A stretch of DNA of 64,000 bases from Pseudogymnoascus verrucosus. Lineage: Eukaryota. Below, piece after piece: positions 37,795 to 49,768 of this stretch. Location: NCBI GenBank assembly GCA_001662655.1, contig KV460248.1. The stretch is one strand, 5' to 3'. A model generated the notes under the pieces. That model ran no database searches. It was not told where the DNA came from and saw only the letters and a list, made by a program, of their open reading frames with translations. Positions within the stretch are counted from its first letter, which is position 1. Every line of letters begins with the position of its first letter. A program made the translations under genes and the position numbers.

Positions 37795-39454
37795 TGCTGA
37801 TATTGGGGCGTGCCGTATTTGTCGCAAGTTCTGCGAGGTCAATTATGGTGGAAGTAGGTTGAGAAGCGTAATATGTAACGAGGTAGTTGGTGGGGACCAA
37901 GATCGAAGTTAAATGTCTGAGGCCCTGATTAATTTCGTGATTCAGGAAGATTCGGGGGGGTTGGCAGGACTCACTCAACAAAGAGGTAGGCGAAACAATA
38001 TTCACAATGGAACAATAGTCCTTCTGCACCTCGCTAACAATAGATAGCCATTGTCCAAGTGAATTTCAATTCTTATCTTTTGTATTCTTCGCCTGCTGAA
38101 TACTGTTGAATAGGTGCGCCTGTCGCCTAGTCGAAACTCAACTGCTTGAATATCTGTCCAGCAAATATGTACTGTGAATGATGTCTGATGTCGATCAACC
38201 GCTAACGAATGTGTATAGAAAAATTAGGACCGAAGGGAAAGGAGGTGCAGGTTCATGATATAGTAATATATCACCGAGTCACATATGAAAAGTACAGCAA
38301 TGATGAAAGTAAGGAGCAAAAGCAAGCAGACGTCAAACCCGCAATATAACGAAGGCTTGGGAGAAGGGATTGGAGATTGACTGGAGATATGATAGGCATG
38401 GGTGCGGGCAACGCCAGAGCTAGTTGGGACGGGATTACAGACATGGGTATGCGCAAGCCAGCGGGGAGTCTGTGCCTTGAGAAACTTCAGAACACGTCGA
38501 CGACGCGGCAGGCTATGGCTCGTATGAGTGGAGGTCACTCGATATAGACAAGACCAGTCATGAGATGTGCAGCAAAACTGCCGACTCGGCCACAATAACG
38601 CAATAACGCAAGGAAGCGCCGGCAAGGCAGGTTTCAATGTTCCTGTTTGTTGTCCAGACATGCAGCAATTCACTCCAGGCGGTGTCGAAAGTGGCCGCCG
38701 CCACGCCAAGACGACTGGCTCACAGTCGCTGGCACCTCATCCCGTCAGCAAGGCTATGCGGTGCTTAGCGTGGGGATTGCCCCTGGCGGGCAACAAGGGA
38801 AAGGCCCGGATACGGTGCGATTCGTCGATCTTGGGGGCGTGCTGTAACCGGCGCACCTATCCGATCGGCCACAGCGACCCAATGGTCGCTGGATGTTTCA
38901 ACACTTGGCGTTTCGTTTCTGTTCCTTGCGTTTGTGCGAGGCAAGACTTACCGACGCGACGGACTTGCGCGGGATGGGGAAGGTGATTGGCGCCTGTTCA
39001 ACGGTGGCGTGGGAGACATGGGCGACATGAAACGCACGCGGCTGAGCCTGGAAATCTACGTACGTACAGTACATATGCCATACAGCGCTGTCAAAACATA
39101 CAAAGCTGAATACTCTGAACTGCTCCGAATATTCCGAAAAACTCAACAAAGAATGTTTCGCCATCAACGCCTCTCCCCCACCAAGTCAGCTTCATGCATA
39201 TTGCCCTCTCCGCGCAAACCCAAATCTCCCCAGCCCCGTATGACGCAGTTTATATTGCAAGTCTCGCCGCACAAATTAACAGTGCGGGTCACAGACTCAG
39301 ATAAATAAATAACCTGGCACTTCCATGCGGCCTCGACGCCGCCTCGGACGGCTCCTATATCCTGCCGGCTTATTGCGCCTAAATGTCACACCCGCAGTCG
39401 GGTAGTGCGGCGGAAATCAAGCCATGATGGTGTATATTTATTAAACATCAGCCA

Positions 39455-40116
39455 GCCGTATCTAAACGGGCCTGTTATGATCGCCTACCCCGGACCCCAG
39501 AGTTAGGGCACCGAGATGCCGATTGGAGATCCCTCTGATCATGTCGCCATTGCATCTAATCAGTCGCGCTTCTGCCTTGAAATGATTATATTGATCAGAC
39601 GGCCGTCTCCAAACGGGCCTGTTCATCCCCCCTACCCTAGACCCCAGAGTTTGGGCACCGAAATAGGGAATGAAGATCCATCTTATCATTTCGCTATTGC
39701 ATCTGATTAGTTGCGCTTCTGCCTTGCAATGATTATAGAGTATTAACAAGTATTGACTGAAGCACATGATCTCAAAATGTGGCTGGCTCAGAGGCAAGAG
39801 AGCCCAACAATGTCATAAGGTGCCGAGATCTGCCCGGCAAAATAAGAGGATATTGATCTTTTGAATTCTATACTTGCTATCCTAGAGCTCATGGCTCAGA
39901 GATAAGAGGGTCAAACGATCTCATCAGATGCCCAAAGCAAGCCAGCGCAAGAGGATGTTGATCTTTGAATTCTAACAAGTATTTACAGAAACACATGATC
40001 TCAAAACGTGGCTCAGATATTAAGAGAGCCCAACAATGTCATGAGATGCCGAGATCCGGCCGGCACAAGAAGAGGATATTGATCTTTTCAATTCTATACT
40101 CGCCATCTTAGAGCTC
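39455..40116. repeat. Composite degenerate tandem array: unit A (147-bp period) x2, then unit B (~145 bp) full-partial-full
   Basis: AAACGGGCCTGTT..GCGCTTCTGCCTTG..ATGATTATA at 39455-39590 and 39602-39737. TAACAAGTATT..CACATGATCTCAAAA..AGAGAGCCCAACAATGTCAT..AGAGGATATTGATCTTT..AGAGCTC at 39744-39890 and 39973-40116, with a partial copy at 39891-39972. Confidence 0.9.
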
Positions 40117-40195
40117 TTGCCCACGTGTCCATGCCACCATGATTTTATCTGCCAGTCTGTCCCGTCATACACCCTCTATAATACAACCCCTCCCT

Positions 40196-41008
40196 CTATC
40201 TAACAACCTTCTCCACCCACCCCCCCTCCAGCCTCGCTACCCCCTCCCTAAACGCCTTCACCTCCCTCCAGCAATCCAGCGGCCTCGTATCATTCCCCCT
40301 CAAGCACTTCACCACCTCCCCCCTCGCCCTATCAACCTCCTCATCCAGCTCCCCCACCTCACGCATCTTCTTGCGCTGCTCCAGCCTCTCCCTTAGTTTC
40401 GCTACATCCTTCGCCACCGACTCGCGCCCTAGGCCACGAAGGGTGTCACCCGCGCTCGATTCGGCCGAGGTCGCTGCATCGGGCGCGGTCTCGTTCTTCT
40501 CGGCTTCGAGAAGGGCCGCGAGGGTCGAGGACTCGCGGGCTTGGAGGCGCTTGAGCTCTTCGGCTACGCGGGCTTGGACGTGCAGCTCGAGGGTGTTGGC
40601 GCGGGTGGAGTCGGTCTGTGGGGGGCGTGTTAGTTACCAGTTATTGCGCGCCACGTTTTCGCCATGTTGGCAAAGCGAGGGGGGTGTCAATGTAAGGGGG
40701 GTTGAGGGTGCTTCTGCGATGTGATGTGATGTGCTGTTGGGAAGATGGGTGGGATCGGCGAGCGCGCGTACCTCGGTGCTACTCTGGAGAGAGTCGACGA
40801 GCTCTTGGGAGAAGCGGACGGGAGTTTCGCTGGTGGTGTGTTAGTTACTGTGCAGGCTGAGAATTCAATAGCCTCGGAGCGACTGCATGCCAGAATCCGG
40901 ATGGAAAAGGCGTGCCATTGCGCTTTGGGGCAGAGGAATTGGGCAGTCATACCTTTGCCAAACGTGAGATGGCGCCTGCGACGCAGGTTTTGATGGTGAA
41001 CTTCCCAT
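40196..41008 (-). CDS. MIC19: MICOS subunit Mic19 (DUF1690); exons 41008-40953, 40829-40772, 40615-40196
   Basis: Myristoylation-like MGSSPSK; FSQELVDSLQSSTETDSTRANTLELHVQARVAEEL; VKCLRGNDTRPLDCWREVKAFR. Confidence 0.9.
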
Positions 41009-41264
41009 TGTAGAGTTGTGAAGAGGACCCAGTAGCTGTGCGGCTTTGAGCTCAGTTGATCTTGGATCGGGTGCTTAAGCTTCAAGATTCTCGACGTTCC
41101 CGGGAACAACCTTTGGTACCTTATTATTAAGGCCACAAAGTAGTTTAACTCCTAATTCTGACGACCGATCCACGTGACTATCTATCACGGGAGCACTTTC
41201 AAGACGACGATTATATATAACGAATACTTTGTCGTGAGGGGAAGCAATATCGACAATATTGGAT

Positions 41265-41616
41265 ATGTCTCGACAGACGATTCGGCGAGTTGTGATGACC
41301 GGGTCTGTTGCAGCCATCACCGCGACCGGGGCCTGGTATGGCGCTGGGCTGAAGACGCAGAAGCAAGCAACTGAGGTAGGGCCGACTCGACTCTGATCAT
41401 CCCGCGTGCACTTAATATGGCGAATACTGATATTCTTGCTAGGCAGTTGAAAAGCACCGCGAAGTGACCGCTGAAGAACAGTTGGCGCTGCTTAATGAGA
41501 GGCGGGGTCAACTTGTGGGGAAGAAGATGACTATGGAGAGGAAACTGGCCGAGTTGGAGGCTAGGAAACACGGCGCTACGAGGGAGGAGTCTAAGTTTGG
41601 ACGGGAGAGGAGGTGA
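41265..41616 (+). CDS. 94-aa microprotein with one hydrophobic segment and a coiled coil; exons 41265-41375, 41443-41616
   Basis: MSRQTIRRVVMTGSVAAITATGAWYGAGLKTQKQATE|AVEKHREVTAEEQLALLNERRGQLVGKKMTMERKLAELEARKHGATREESKFGRERR*; phase-0 intron GTAGGG..ACTGAT..TAG. Confidence 0.8.
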
Positions 41617-42168
41617 CGACAGTCAGTGCGGGGGAAAGGGATGTACGTTAGAGTTAATCAGCGGGAACGTAAGGCAAGAGCGAGCCTGGGGTGTTTGGTC
41701 GGTGCCGCGGGCTGGTGGTATCGACAGGAATCCTTCACCAAAACATACGCAAACCATGTATTTGTATAGCCATCAAAGCGAGTTTACGAACCCGTTTATA
41801 ACTTGTACATATTGAACAGCAGAAACAAGGAAGATATTCTAGGTCTGAACAAGGCACCAAGGAGAGATGCGATTTAGAGTAAGTGTAAGTTTTGACTTCA
41901 TTTTTTGCTATGGGAGACTGAGACGGAGACAGAGATTCAAGCACAACAACCAAGTATCAACTGCCCCCCATCATACTCCCCAATTCGCTCTGGAACATTC
42001 GACAAGTACACAAGTAATGCCTGTGCTCCTTATTTTTCTGCCGTTGCTGGATTTCAAACGGAAGCAACTATACTTCGCACCAATATCCTACTATCTCCGT
42101 ATAGTCATACCCTCAAACGCAGCTACATAATATTCAATCCATAAATACTTGTTCACGCACAACCCCCC

Positions 42169-44564
42169 TTAAAACTGCCTGTTGGGTTTGGCCACAGCAG
42201 GCTTCATCAGGTCACCAAATGCTGCAGCAACCTGCTTCTTCAATTCCTTGTACGAGACAACGAAGGATGTCTGGTCATCGCGGCTCGTCAGCAGGATCTT
42301 CTCATCCACGCCTGCATCCAGCTTGTTGAGACAGCGGATCATATGCCCGATATCCAAGACCGGGTTGCCGAGGGCATCAACTTGGTGGAAGACGTAGTCC
42401 CTAAACAGCTTGAGCATGTACCGTTCTCCATGCTCAGACCAGCTGCGCTCTCCCTCGTATTCCTGGCGCTCGTTGATGGTACCGAGCTTCATGAGCAGAC
42501 GTGCGAGGCGGCCGTTTTCAAGCTCTCTGCTGAGCTCGGAGGTGAGGCTATCCGCTTGGTGGAACGCGCTGTCCAGGGACGAGACGACATGGCTAGAGAT
42601 GCCGCAGAGGAATTCATCAATGGACTTTGTAGCTGGAGCTACCGCCGGGGTGAGAAGCCATAGAACTGTGTCACGAACTTCTGTAGAGTAGATTCGCCCA
42701 AGCTGCTCGACGGCAACTTTCATATTCTGCTGGGTGAGAAGGCTATTGGTCCCAAGAGCTAGGATAAGCTTGCCAAATAGCTGCAAGTCATCCTGCTGAA
42801 GCTCTTGTAAGGATCGCTGGATATCGTGATGTACCACGTCGAGGACAGCACATGCACTGAGGCGGACACGGTTCTTGTCCGTAACGAGGACCTTGCTAGG
42901 TTCCAAACAGCGAACTGCAAGGTTAGAAGCATGCACACTCTTCAGAGCAGCTGAAATCTGAACAATGTAGCCCCAAAGGACCTGCTCCGGCACGGTTGTA
43001 GCTACGCGGTTGCCAAATCGGTTGGCGGTGGAAAAGTGCGTCTCGACCAGCGTCTTTGCTAATGGGTGGTAGTCAGTGACAAAGATTAGTGAGCTGTCAC
43101 CGAAAGCACGGGTGGTAAACGCGTCTAACACGGTTACTACGCCTCCACAATCGACCCGACGCCACTCTTTGACTGATCTAATGGCCTTCTCATTCGTTAA
43201 ACGGTAGCCTGTTTTATATTAGCTATAGTATGCCTCATAATGATTAACAAACATGCCTTCAAGTCTTCTTAGGCAATAGAGGTTTCCATTCTTGCTTGAA
43301 GTAGCCTTATAAACCCAGCTCGGATATCCAAAGACCGTGGCGCTTTTGTGATGGCTAGTATCCAGCGCAACGAGAGAATGGTAGTTATCAAGAGTTGGAA
43401 GTTGCGAGTCTGATTGTGTTAAAAAGGTCATTTCTTGCTGTGAAAGCTAACTCACTGGGCATGGTTTGAAGAGATGCTTCGGACTTTCTCTGCAACTCTT
43501 CACGGAGCTTTTCTGGCATAAAGAAGTCATGGGGGAGCCTTTGATATGCAAGCAAATCTTCACGGTGAGGTCCCATTGGGGCGTAGAGGTGATATTGTAA
43601 CTGGATCAGTCAGTATGGATCGGATAGTATGGGGGCTGGTCTTACTGGCTGAGCAGTTGCCGCGTAAGAAGCCTGCCCTGGATAGTATGCAGCACTGGCA
43701 CCGGCGCTGGTATCTTCCAAATATGGATTGTATTGTGCCGCAGGAACGGCTTGTGTAGAGTTAGGGATAGTGAAGGGATCAAAGGGCACTTGGGCGTCGA
43801 GGCCTCCGCCATTCAGTGTACTCTGAAGAGGTGTTAGATTATCTCTAGATAAGTTCTGAGGTGTGAACTCACTGTGTTGAGATCATAATTTTGTGGCGTA
43901 AACTCGCGGATTTGTGCAGGGTTAAAGCTCACAGCATCCTCTTGCTGAGTAGGTGTTGCGGTTCCTGTAATTGTCAGTGATAATCATACAGCAGAGTTTG
44001 GGATGTTGCATACCGCTTGCAGCAGATCTAGGTGTAAAAGGAGCGGCACTTGCTGCCCGCGAACTCATCGCAGACAACCCGGCAGAAGTGTTCGCTAAGC
44101 CGATGGGGGTGAATGAGGGAGAATCAACGTTGAGGCTTTTCTTGGACCTATTATTATTATAAAATCTTAGCTATATTCCGCATCGTCGTGCATTATCGTC
44201 CAGGGACATGGGTCCTCGAGGAGTAATCCTGGGCACGGGAAGCTACATGATGGAGCGAACAAACAATAACAATGGTGAGAGATAACCTACATTTCAGTTT
44301 GGGTTGTATGCGCTTTATTTGGCTCATGGTTGAAAGCACATCCCTGATCTTCGTAACGACAGTGTCCATATATTAAGACGTTTCGACATAGCGTATCCTT
44401 CGCATTCTCTGTCATACAGCCATCAGCAAGTATTATTGTGAAAGGTTGCAGATCTCTCCAGTCGAATGTCTCGAGTATATGGGCAAATAAATAGACCTAC
44501 CACGGCCTTTGGGTCTCGGAGACCCGACAGCTTTCTGCCCTGGGACAAAGCGAGTTGTAGCCAT
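42169..44564 (-). CDS. PAN3: PAN2-PAN3 deadenylase subunit Pan3, multi-exon
   Basis: CCCH finger LCRNVLIYGHCRYEDQGCAFNH, PAM2-like LNVDSPSFTP, pseudokinase (YCLRRLEG, AFTTRAFGD, FVTDYHP) and C-terminal RELENGRL..KLFRDYVFHQ..LNKLDAG. Confidence 0.95.
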
Positions 44565-45199
44565 AGTATATTAAGCGCGTTGCACCTATCGGCCTTGCCC
44601 CGTTGAGTCGCAGCGGATCCTACGAAGATATTAGCTATATGTACAAACCGAGGCATACAACCAGGTTATAACATCACGCCATCTCCAATCTAGCAATTCA
44701 TAGAAGTTCGGACGGGAATGGTGCAACAACATAGGCGCCACTTGAGGGAGGGGGCGGCCGTCACTTACTTGGCTCTATGGGACATGTCGTAGTGGTCGAA
44801 AGCGGTAGCTTATCCCCCTTGGGGTTATATAAGGGCACAGATCCTTAGATGATATTTATCAATTGATACAACACGGTTTGCGGTTGATTGGGCGTTCCGT
44901 AGAAGTATATTGCCCCATATCTCGAGACGCGATCACTCGAGTTTGTGAGGGCGGTCGCCAGTTGTCAGCCTTACAGCATCCGTGCGCTAGCCACACCTTG
45001 TGAGGCTCCCAAAGCCGGGGTCCGCTCAAGCCATTTATGGCGGGTATGACACGAGGCTAACATCAGGTTATTGGAATATCATACTTCCATACGATAATTG
45101 AGTTTGTGCGAATACAGTAACTGAAACATCGGTTACTCCTTCATGGACTCCACATCACCGATCTCTTTGTGCGATTGAAGTTCGTGAGATTCCAGTGTG

Positions 45200-46789
45200 A
45201 TGGCAACTCCGGGTGAGGTGGACATTGGACAGCTGTCGCAGTCGCAACAAGAAGCGCTCCAACAATATACTTCCGTCACGGACCAAGACGTGCAAGCAGC
45301 AATCCCAGTACTTCAGCGGGCGCAATGGAACGTGCAGGTATGGACCCCAAGATCAAACCCGACTTATGCCAGGTAACTAACTGTGGCAAAGCTAGCAGTT
45401 TCGAGATTCTTTGACGGCGATTCCGGACAAGTCGACCCTCTTGCCGACGCCATCGCAGCAGCTCAAAATGCGCCTCCGATTCGATCTAGCCGCCATGAGA
45501 ACCTACAAGAAAGCCTTCTACGGGGCCCTTCAGCTTCGACGCGCCCAGATGCAGCTCCTAGAATCGTGCCCCAGCCAGAAGACCAGATCGTCCGCCGTCC
45601 CCCGTTACTACTAGGCCTTCTGTTCATGCCATTCAATGTCATTTATAAGATACTGTCATCCTCCTTTAGCTTTTTTGCCTACCTCTTCCCGTTTCTCCCG
45701 CGACTCTTTCAACCTCGAAATAGGACAGCCCAGAACAGACGGAAGAATACGACGGGACGAAGGATGTTGAGTCCACAAGATACAGCAGCGAGGTTCAAAC
45801 GGGAATTTGATGAAGAATACGGATCTAATTCGCTTCCATTTTTTACAAACGGATATGCCCAGGCACTTGATCTGGCGAAGAAGGACCTGAAGTTTTTAAT
45901 GATTATAATCATGTCTCCGGAGCACGATGACACCTCTTCATTTATCAGGGATACCCTTCTTTCGCCCGAAGTCACTGCCATAGTCAACGACCCTTCCAAC
46001 AATATCATCCTTTGGGCTGGCAACGTGCAAGATTCTGAAGCCTACCAGGTGTCAACTGCACTGCGCTGCACGAAGTTCCCTTTCACGGCCTTGATTACGC
46101 ATACCGCCGAGAGCGGTCCTACATCAATGTCGGTTGTTGCCAGACTTACTGGGCCCATGTCGGCAAGTACGTACGGCGCCAAATTACAGAATACGATCAC
46201 CACCTACACCACGCAGCTGAATGAGGCCAGGCAGGCAAGGTCAGCACAGCAGTTTGAAAGGACTTTGCGGCAAGAGCAAGACTCAGCGTATGAAAGATCT
46301 CTTGCACAGGACCGTGAACGGGCCAGGCAAAGGCGTGAGGACGAAGCCGCCCAGGCAGCTGAGGAACAGCGAGCTAGGGAAGCAGTCGAGGCAGCAGAAA
46401 AATACGCCAACGGCCTTCAACAATGGAAACTATGGAGAGTGCAGCGCATCTCATCGGAGCCTCCCAAGGATGCAACAAATGCTGTCCGGGTTGCATTTAG
46501 AATGCCAGAGTCAGCAGAGAGAGTGACAAGACGATTTAGCCCAGATACCCCTCTGGAAGAGCTCTATGCCTTTGTTGAATGTTATGGAACTCAGGAGCCA
46601 GGCAGCGGGGAAAAGGTCGCGGAACCCGTTGATTTCGAGCACGAATATAAATTCAGGCTTGTCTCGCCTATGCCGAGGGAAGTGTACGACCTTGAGCAAG
46701 GTGGATCTGTTTTGGACAGGATTGGCAAAAGTGGTAATCTGATTGTCGAGCCTATTGTTGATGACGACGACGCCGAGGACGATGAATGA
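45200..46789 (+). CDS. UBA-UAS-UBX domain Cdc48 adaptor (FAF2/Ubx2/Ubx3-like); exons 45200-45337, 45392-46789
   Basis: UBA-like LQRAQWNVQLAVSRFFD, hydrophobic hairpin, UAS (YAQALDLAKKDLKFL..LWAGNVQDSEAYQV), LRQEQDSAYERSLAQD and UBX (RRF..LYAFV..LVSPMPR). Confidence 0.9.
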
Positions 46790-47410
46790 TCATAAATATG
46801 ATTCATGCATGTAAGATGTGGCTATGCTGCCTATGTTGAGGCTTCCAAGCATCTCAGGATGCCACATAGGTTCCCATGGGGTGGGCACCGGGCCAGAATT
46901 CTTGTACTCCCAATGGAGAAATTGTATGTAGTAATAGCAACACCAAGAACATATATCATGGTTGTTACGTGGATGCGGGGGCTGTGCAATTCAAATGCGA
47001 CTTGGGACACAACCTTATCCAGAGTAAACTACAACTAGCTTTTTTGTATGTAAATGAGCAATGCGCCACACATAAATAAACATTGTGAGTAAACAATATA
47101 ATATATTTGTGAGTCGACGTGGTTTTGACTCATTTCGGTGCAGCTTCTCGGTCTAGTTTCTCGGTTCAGGTCCTCGTAAGTTACCCCATATATCCGCAGA
47201 CGCCTAAAGTCCGGCCGGTCTAGCGCCCCTGCCACAGACACAAACCTGGGTGGTTAAAAGGAACCACCGCTAACGCGGGTGTTGCCTTATCGGACCCTGA
47301 GACAAGATTGTCGTCGCGACACATGCTTTTGATCGACTCAGACCACGGCGGCCCATCGATATAATCCACTGTGCGACAGAGGACAGAAAAGATAACTTTT
47401 TTTAATAGCG

Positions 47411-49001
47411 ATGAAGTCAATAAAGAGCTTCGGCAACGTAAACCGGGTTCTGGCTAGACGTCAGACGGCTCGTGAGATGAATTCCTTCCTTATTTGTCCA
47501 TCAATTACTATTTACTGAGCAATCCATTAGCTACCACCACGGATACCTCGCCAGAGACCACATTGGCCACACCAGAAGAGAATGCGTCGCGCAGTGTTGT
47601 ACGTGGCGCATATTCACAGCATGGAGTCTAAATGGCTGACGGGCATCCATAGAAACTCTTCTGCGAATCTGGCGGACCCGGCCATACGGTATGAGAAGCG
47701 CAGACTGTGTGAAGGCATGCGCTAATCTCATATCTAGCAAGGCGAAGAAATATTACACCTTCCTGCGATTGTAGAGGCGGCGGAGTCTTCTCCTGTGGCA
47801 GCAAAAGAATGCGCATACCAGATCCGAAAATTCCTCTCGAAGGATAATTCGAGCCGGGCCTACGTCCAATACAATGCTGTTATGCTCATACGCATATTAT
47901 CGGATAACCCGGGATCGACTTTCACCAAAAATATCGACAAGAAATTCGTGGATGCCGTGAAGGAGTTAAGCAGGACGAGCCGTGATCCCAGTGTTCAGCA
48001 GCTGCTTTCGGACACACTAAACAACTTTCTAAGAGACAAAGAATCAGATGTCAATATGTCTGGTTTGTTGGAGATGTGGAAAAAAGAAAAAGTTAAGATT
48101 GAAAAGGTTCTCTCTCAAGCGGTAACTAAAATCAGTTTTTTGGGTGCAAATCTGTAAAGCATTGTGTGCTGACTGGTTTCAGGGTCAACCCGGCCGCGCT
48201 CCATGGATAGGGCATCATCCTCACCCGCATGCCCCAGGGAGACATGCTAATAACGGGCCGCCCGGTCGACTTCCTGGCCCAGAGGAGTTGGCTTCTCGTG
48301 TTGAGGAGGCCAGGAACTCAGCAACACTCCTGACACAACTCATTCAATCAACACCTCAATCAGAGTTTCTTCAGAATGATCTTATCCGCGAGTTTGCAAA
48401 CCGTTGCCAAGCCGCAAGTCGAAGCATTCAATCTTATATGGCTACCGAGCACCCAGCTCCGGACAATGATACTATGCTCACTCTGATTGAAACGAATGAG
48501 CAGCTATCGCTGGCCACAACTAAGCACCAGAGGGCCGTTTTGCAGACGAGGAAGGCTCTAGGCGTTGCTTCCCCAGATCCGCAACTCAGCCCTTCCGTCG
48601 GACCTGTCATGACATCCGGTGTTGCTCCCGCACAACCTGCTTCAATGTTCAAGCCTGTTGCCCCTCCGTCACGGAAATCGTTTCCGAAGCCTGCCCAACC
48701 CGTTCCTTCGGAGCGCACAGCTTCACCAGTTTCGCCAGAGACAGAAAATCCATTCACTGACCCGGTCGAGCCATCAGACGTCGCTACGCACAGCGTGATT
48801 GACCACAATGAGCCTTATCATCCTGGCTTCGGTTCGAATACGGCTTCCAAGGATCGTCGGGAGTCTGCCACAGGAGGAGCAACATTGGATACTACTAGCA
48901 CTTTGAAAGATGGGAGGAACCAACCGCGAGATGCAGATGATAGCGACGATGATCCATATGCGGCTCCAGTGCCACAAACAACACCGGTCTATCGATACTA
49001 G
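47411..49001 (+). CDS. VHS-like/GAT domain protein (Lsb5/Tom1-like), multi-exon
   Basis: Short spliced 5' exons lead to LPAIVEAAESSP..YNAVMLIRILSDNPG; GAT segment EEARNSATLL..LIREFANRCQAASRSIQ..LIETNEQLSLA; NPF motif. Confidence 0.8.
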
Positions 49002-49768
49002 GTTCCAGTTGTTTGCACATTCAAATGATTCTCAGTCACGAGTTTTCTAGGGTATTATTGGTCGTCTTTAGCCTTGGTGCTATGGAGTAATCTACATTTT
49101 TGCACATTTTATTGATATTGATGAATATGCCAAATGACTTAGTAAAGGCGTGGAGTAACTGTGGTCCAATTATCTCGGGCGCCTATGAAGCATATGTGAC
49201 AATACGTGGGCTTTTCATGTTGGCAGATGTCCACTCTATAGAATTTGCCACCCATCGTCCCTTGGATCAAGAAAGGGGCGGGGTGACACCGAAGTGGAGC
49301 CGCCAACGTCATTCACCGCCTACTTGTTTTGGGAGGTCCAAAATCGTACTGACGCGTCCCCAAGTACTTTGAATTACGAATTGTAATGCTTGGGGAAATA
49401 GTGTAACTGTTGATAATACCGTTAATTTTAAATTATTCTAATAGAGTTAAGATTGGATCTGTGCTATCGCTAACGATTTGTTATCCAATACTTGGCGGGC
49501 CGATCTGTAGATTTAAGGCACAACATGGGATTGTTCCTTGGCCGAAAGAGCGACTATCAAACGAGATTGGAACCCCAAGATTCTATTCCGCAGCTACATC
49601 TACCGTCCTTCACCAAAACGACGCGCTAGAAGCTGTAGTCGTCGCTCGCCCTTCAGATATCTTCCAAGAACGCAAACCGGATTTATATTTCGGAAGTAAA
49701 CTCTTTGTTTTGGAGGTTCTGGGCTTGAAAGAGCTCCAGACCTCGTTACCCCACGTGGAGGCGACAAC

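Noticed and set aside
38224..39308. ORFs upstream of the ferric reductase
   Set aside because: No recognisable domains or splice pattern; more likely promoter or UTR sequence.
39455..40116. CRISPR array or coding repeat (ORF 39462-39797)
   Set aside because: Eukaryotic DNA with no repeat-spacer structure and no cas genes; the ORF merely follows the 147-bp period.
44511..44525. Inverted repeat GGGTCTC-G-GAGACCC
   Set aside because: Short and inside PAN3 coding exon 1; compatible with chance.
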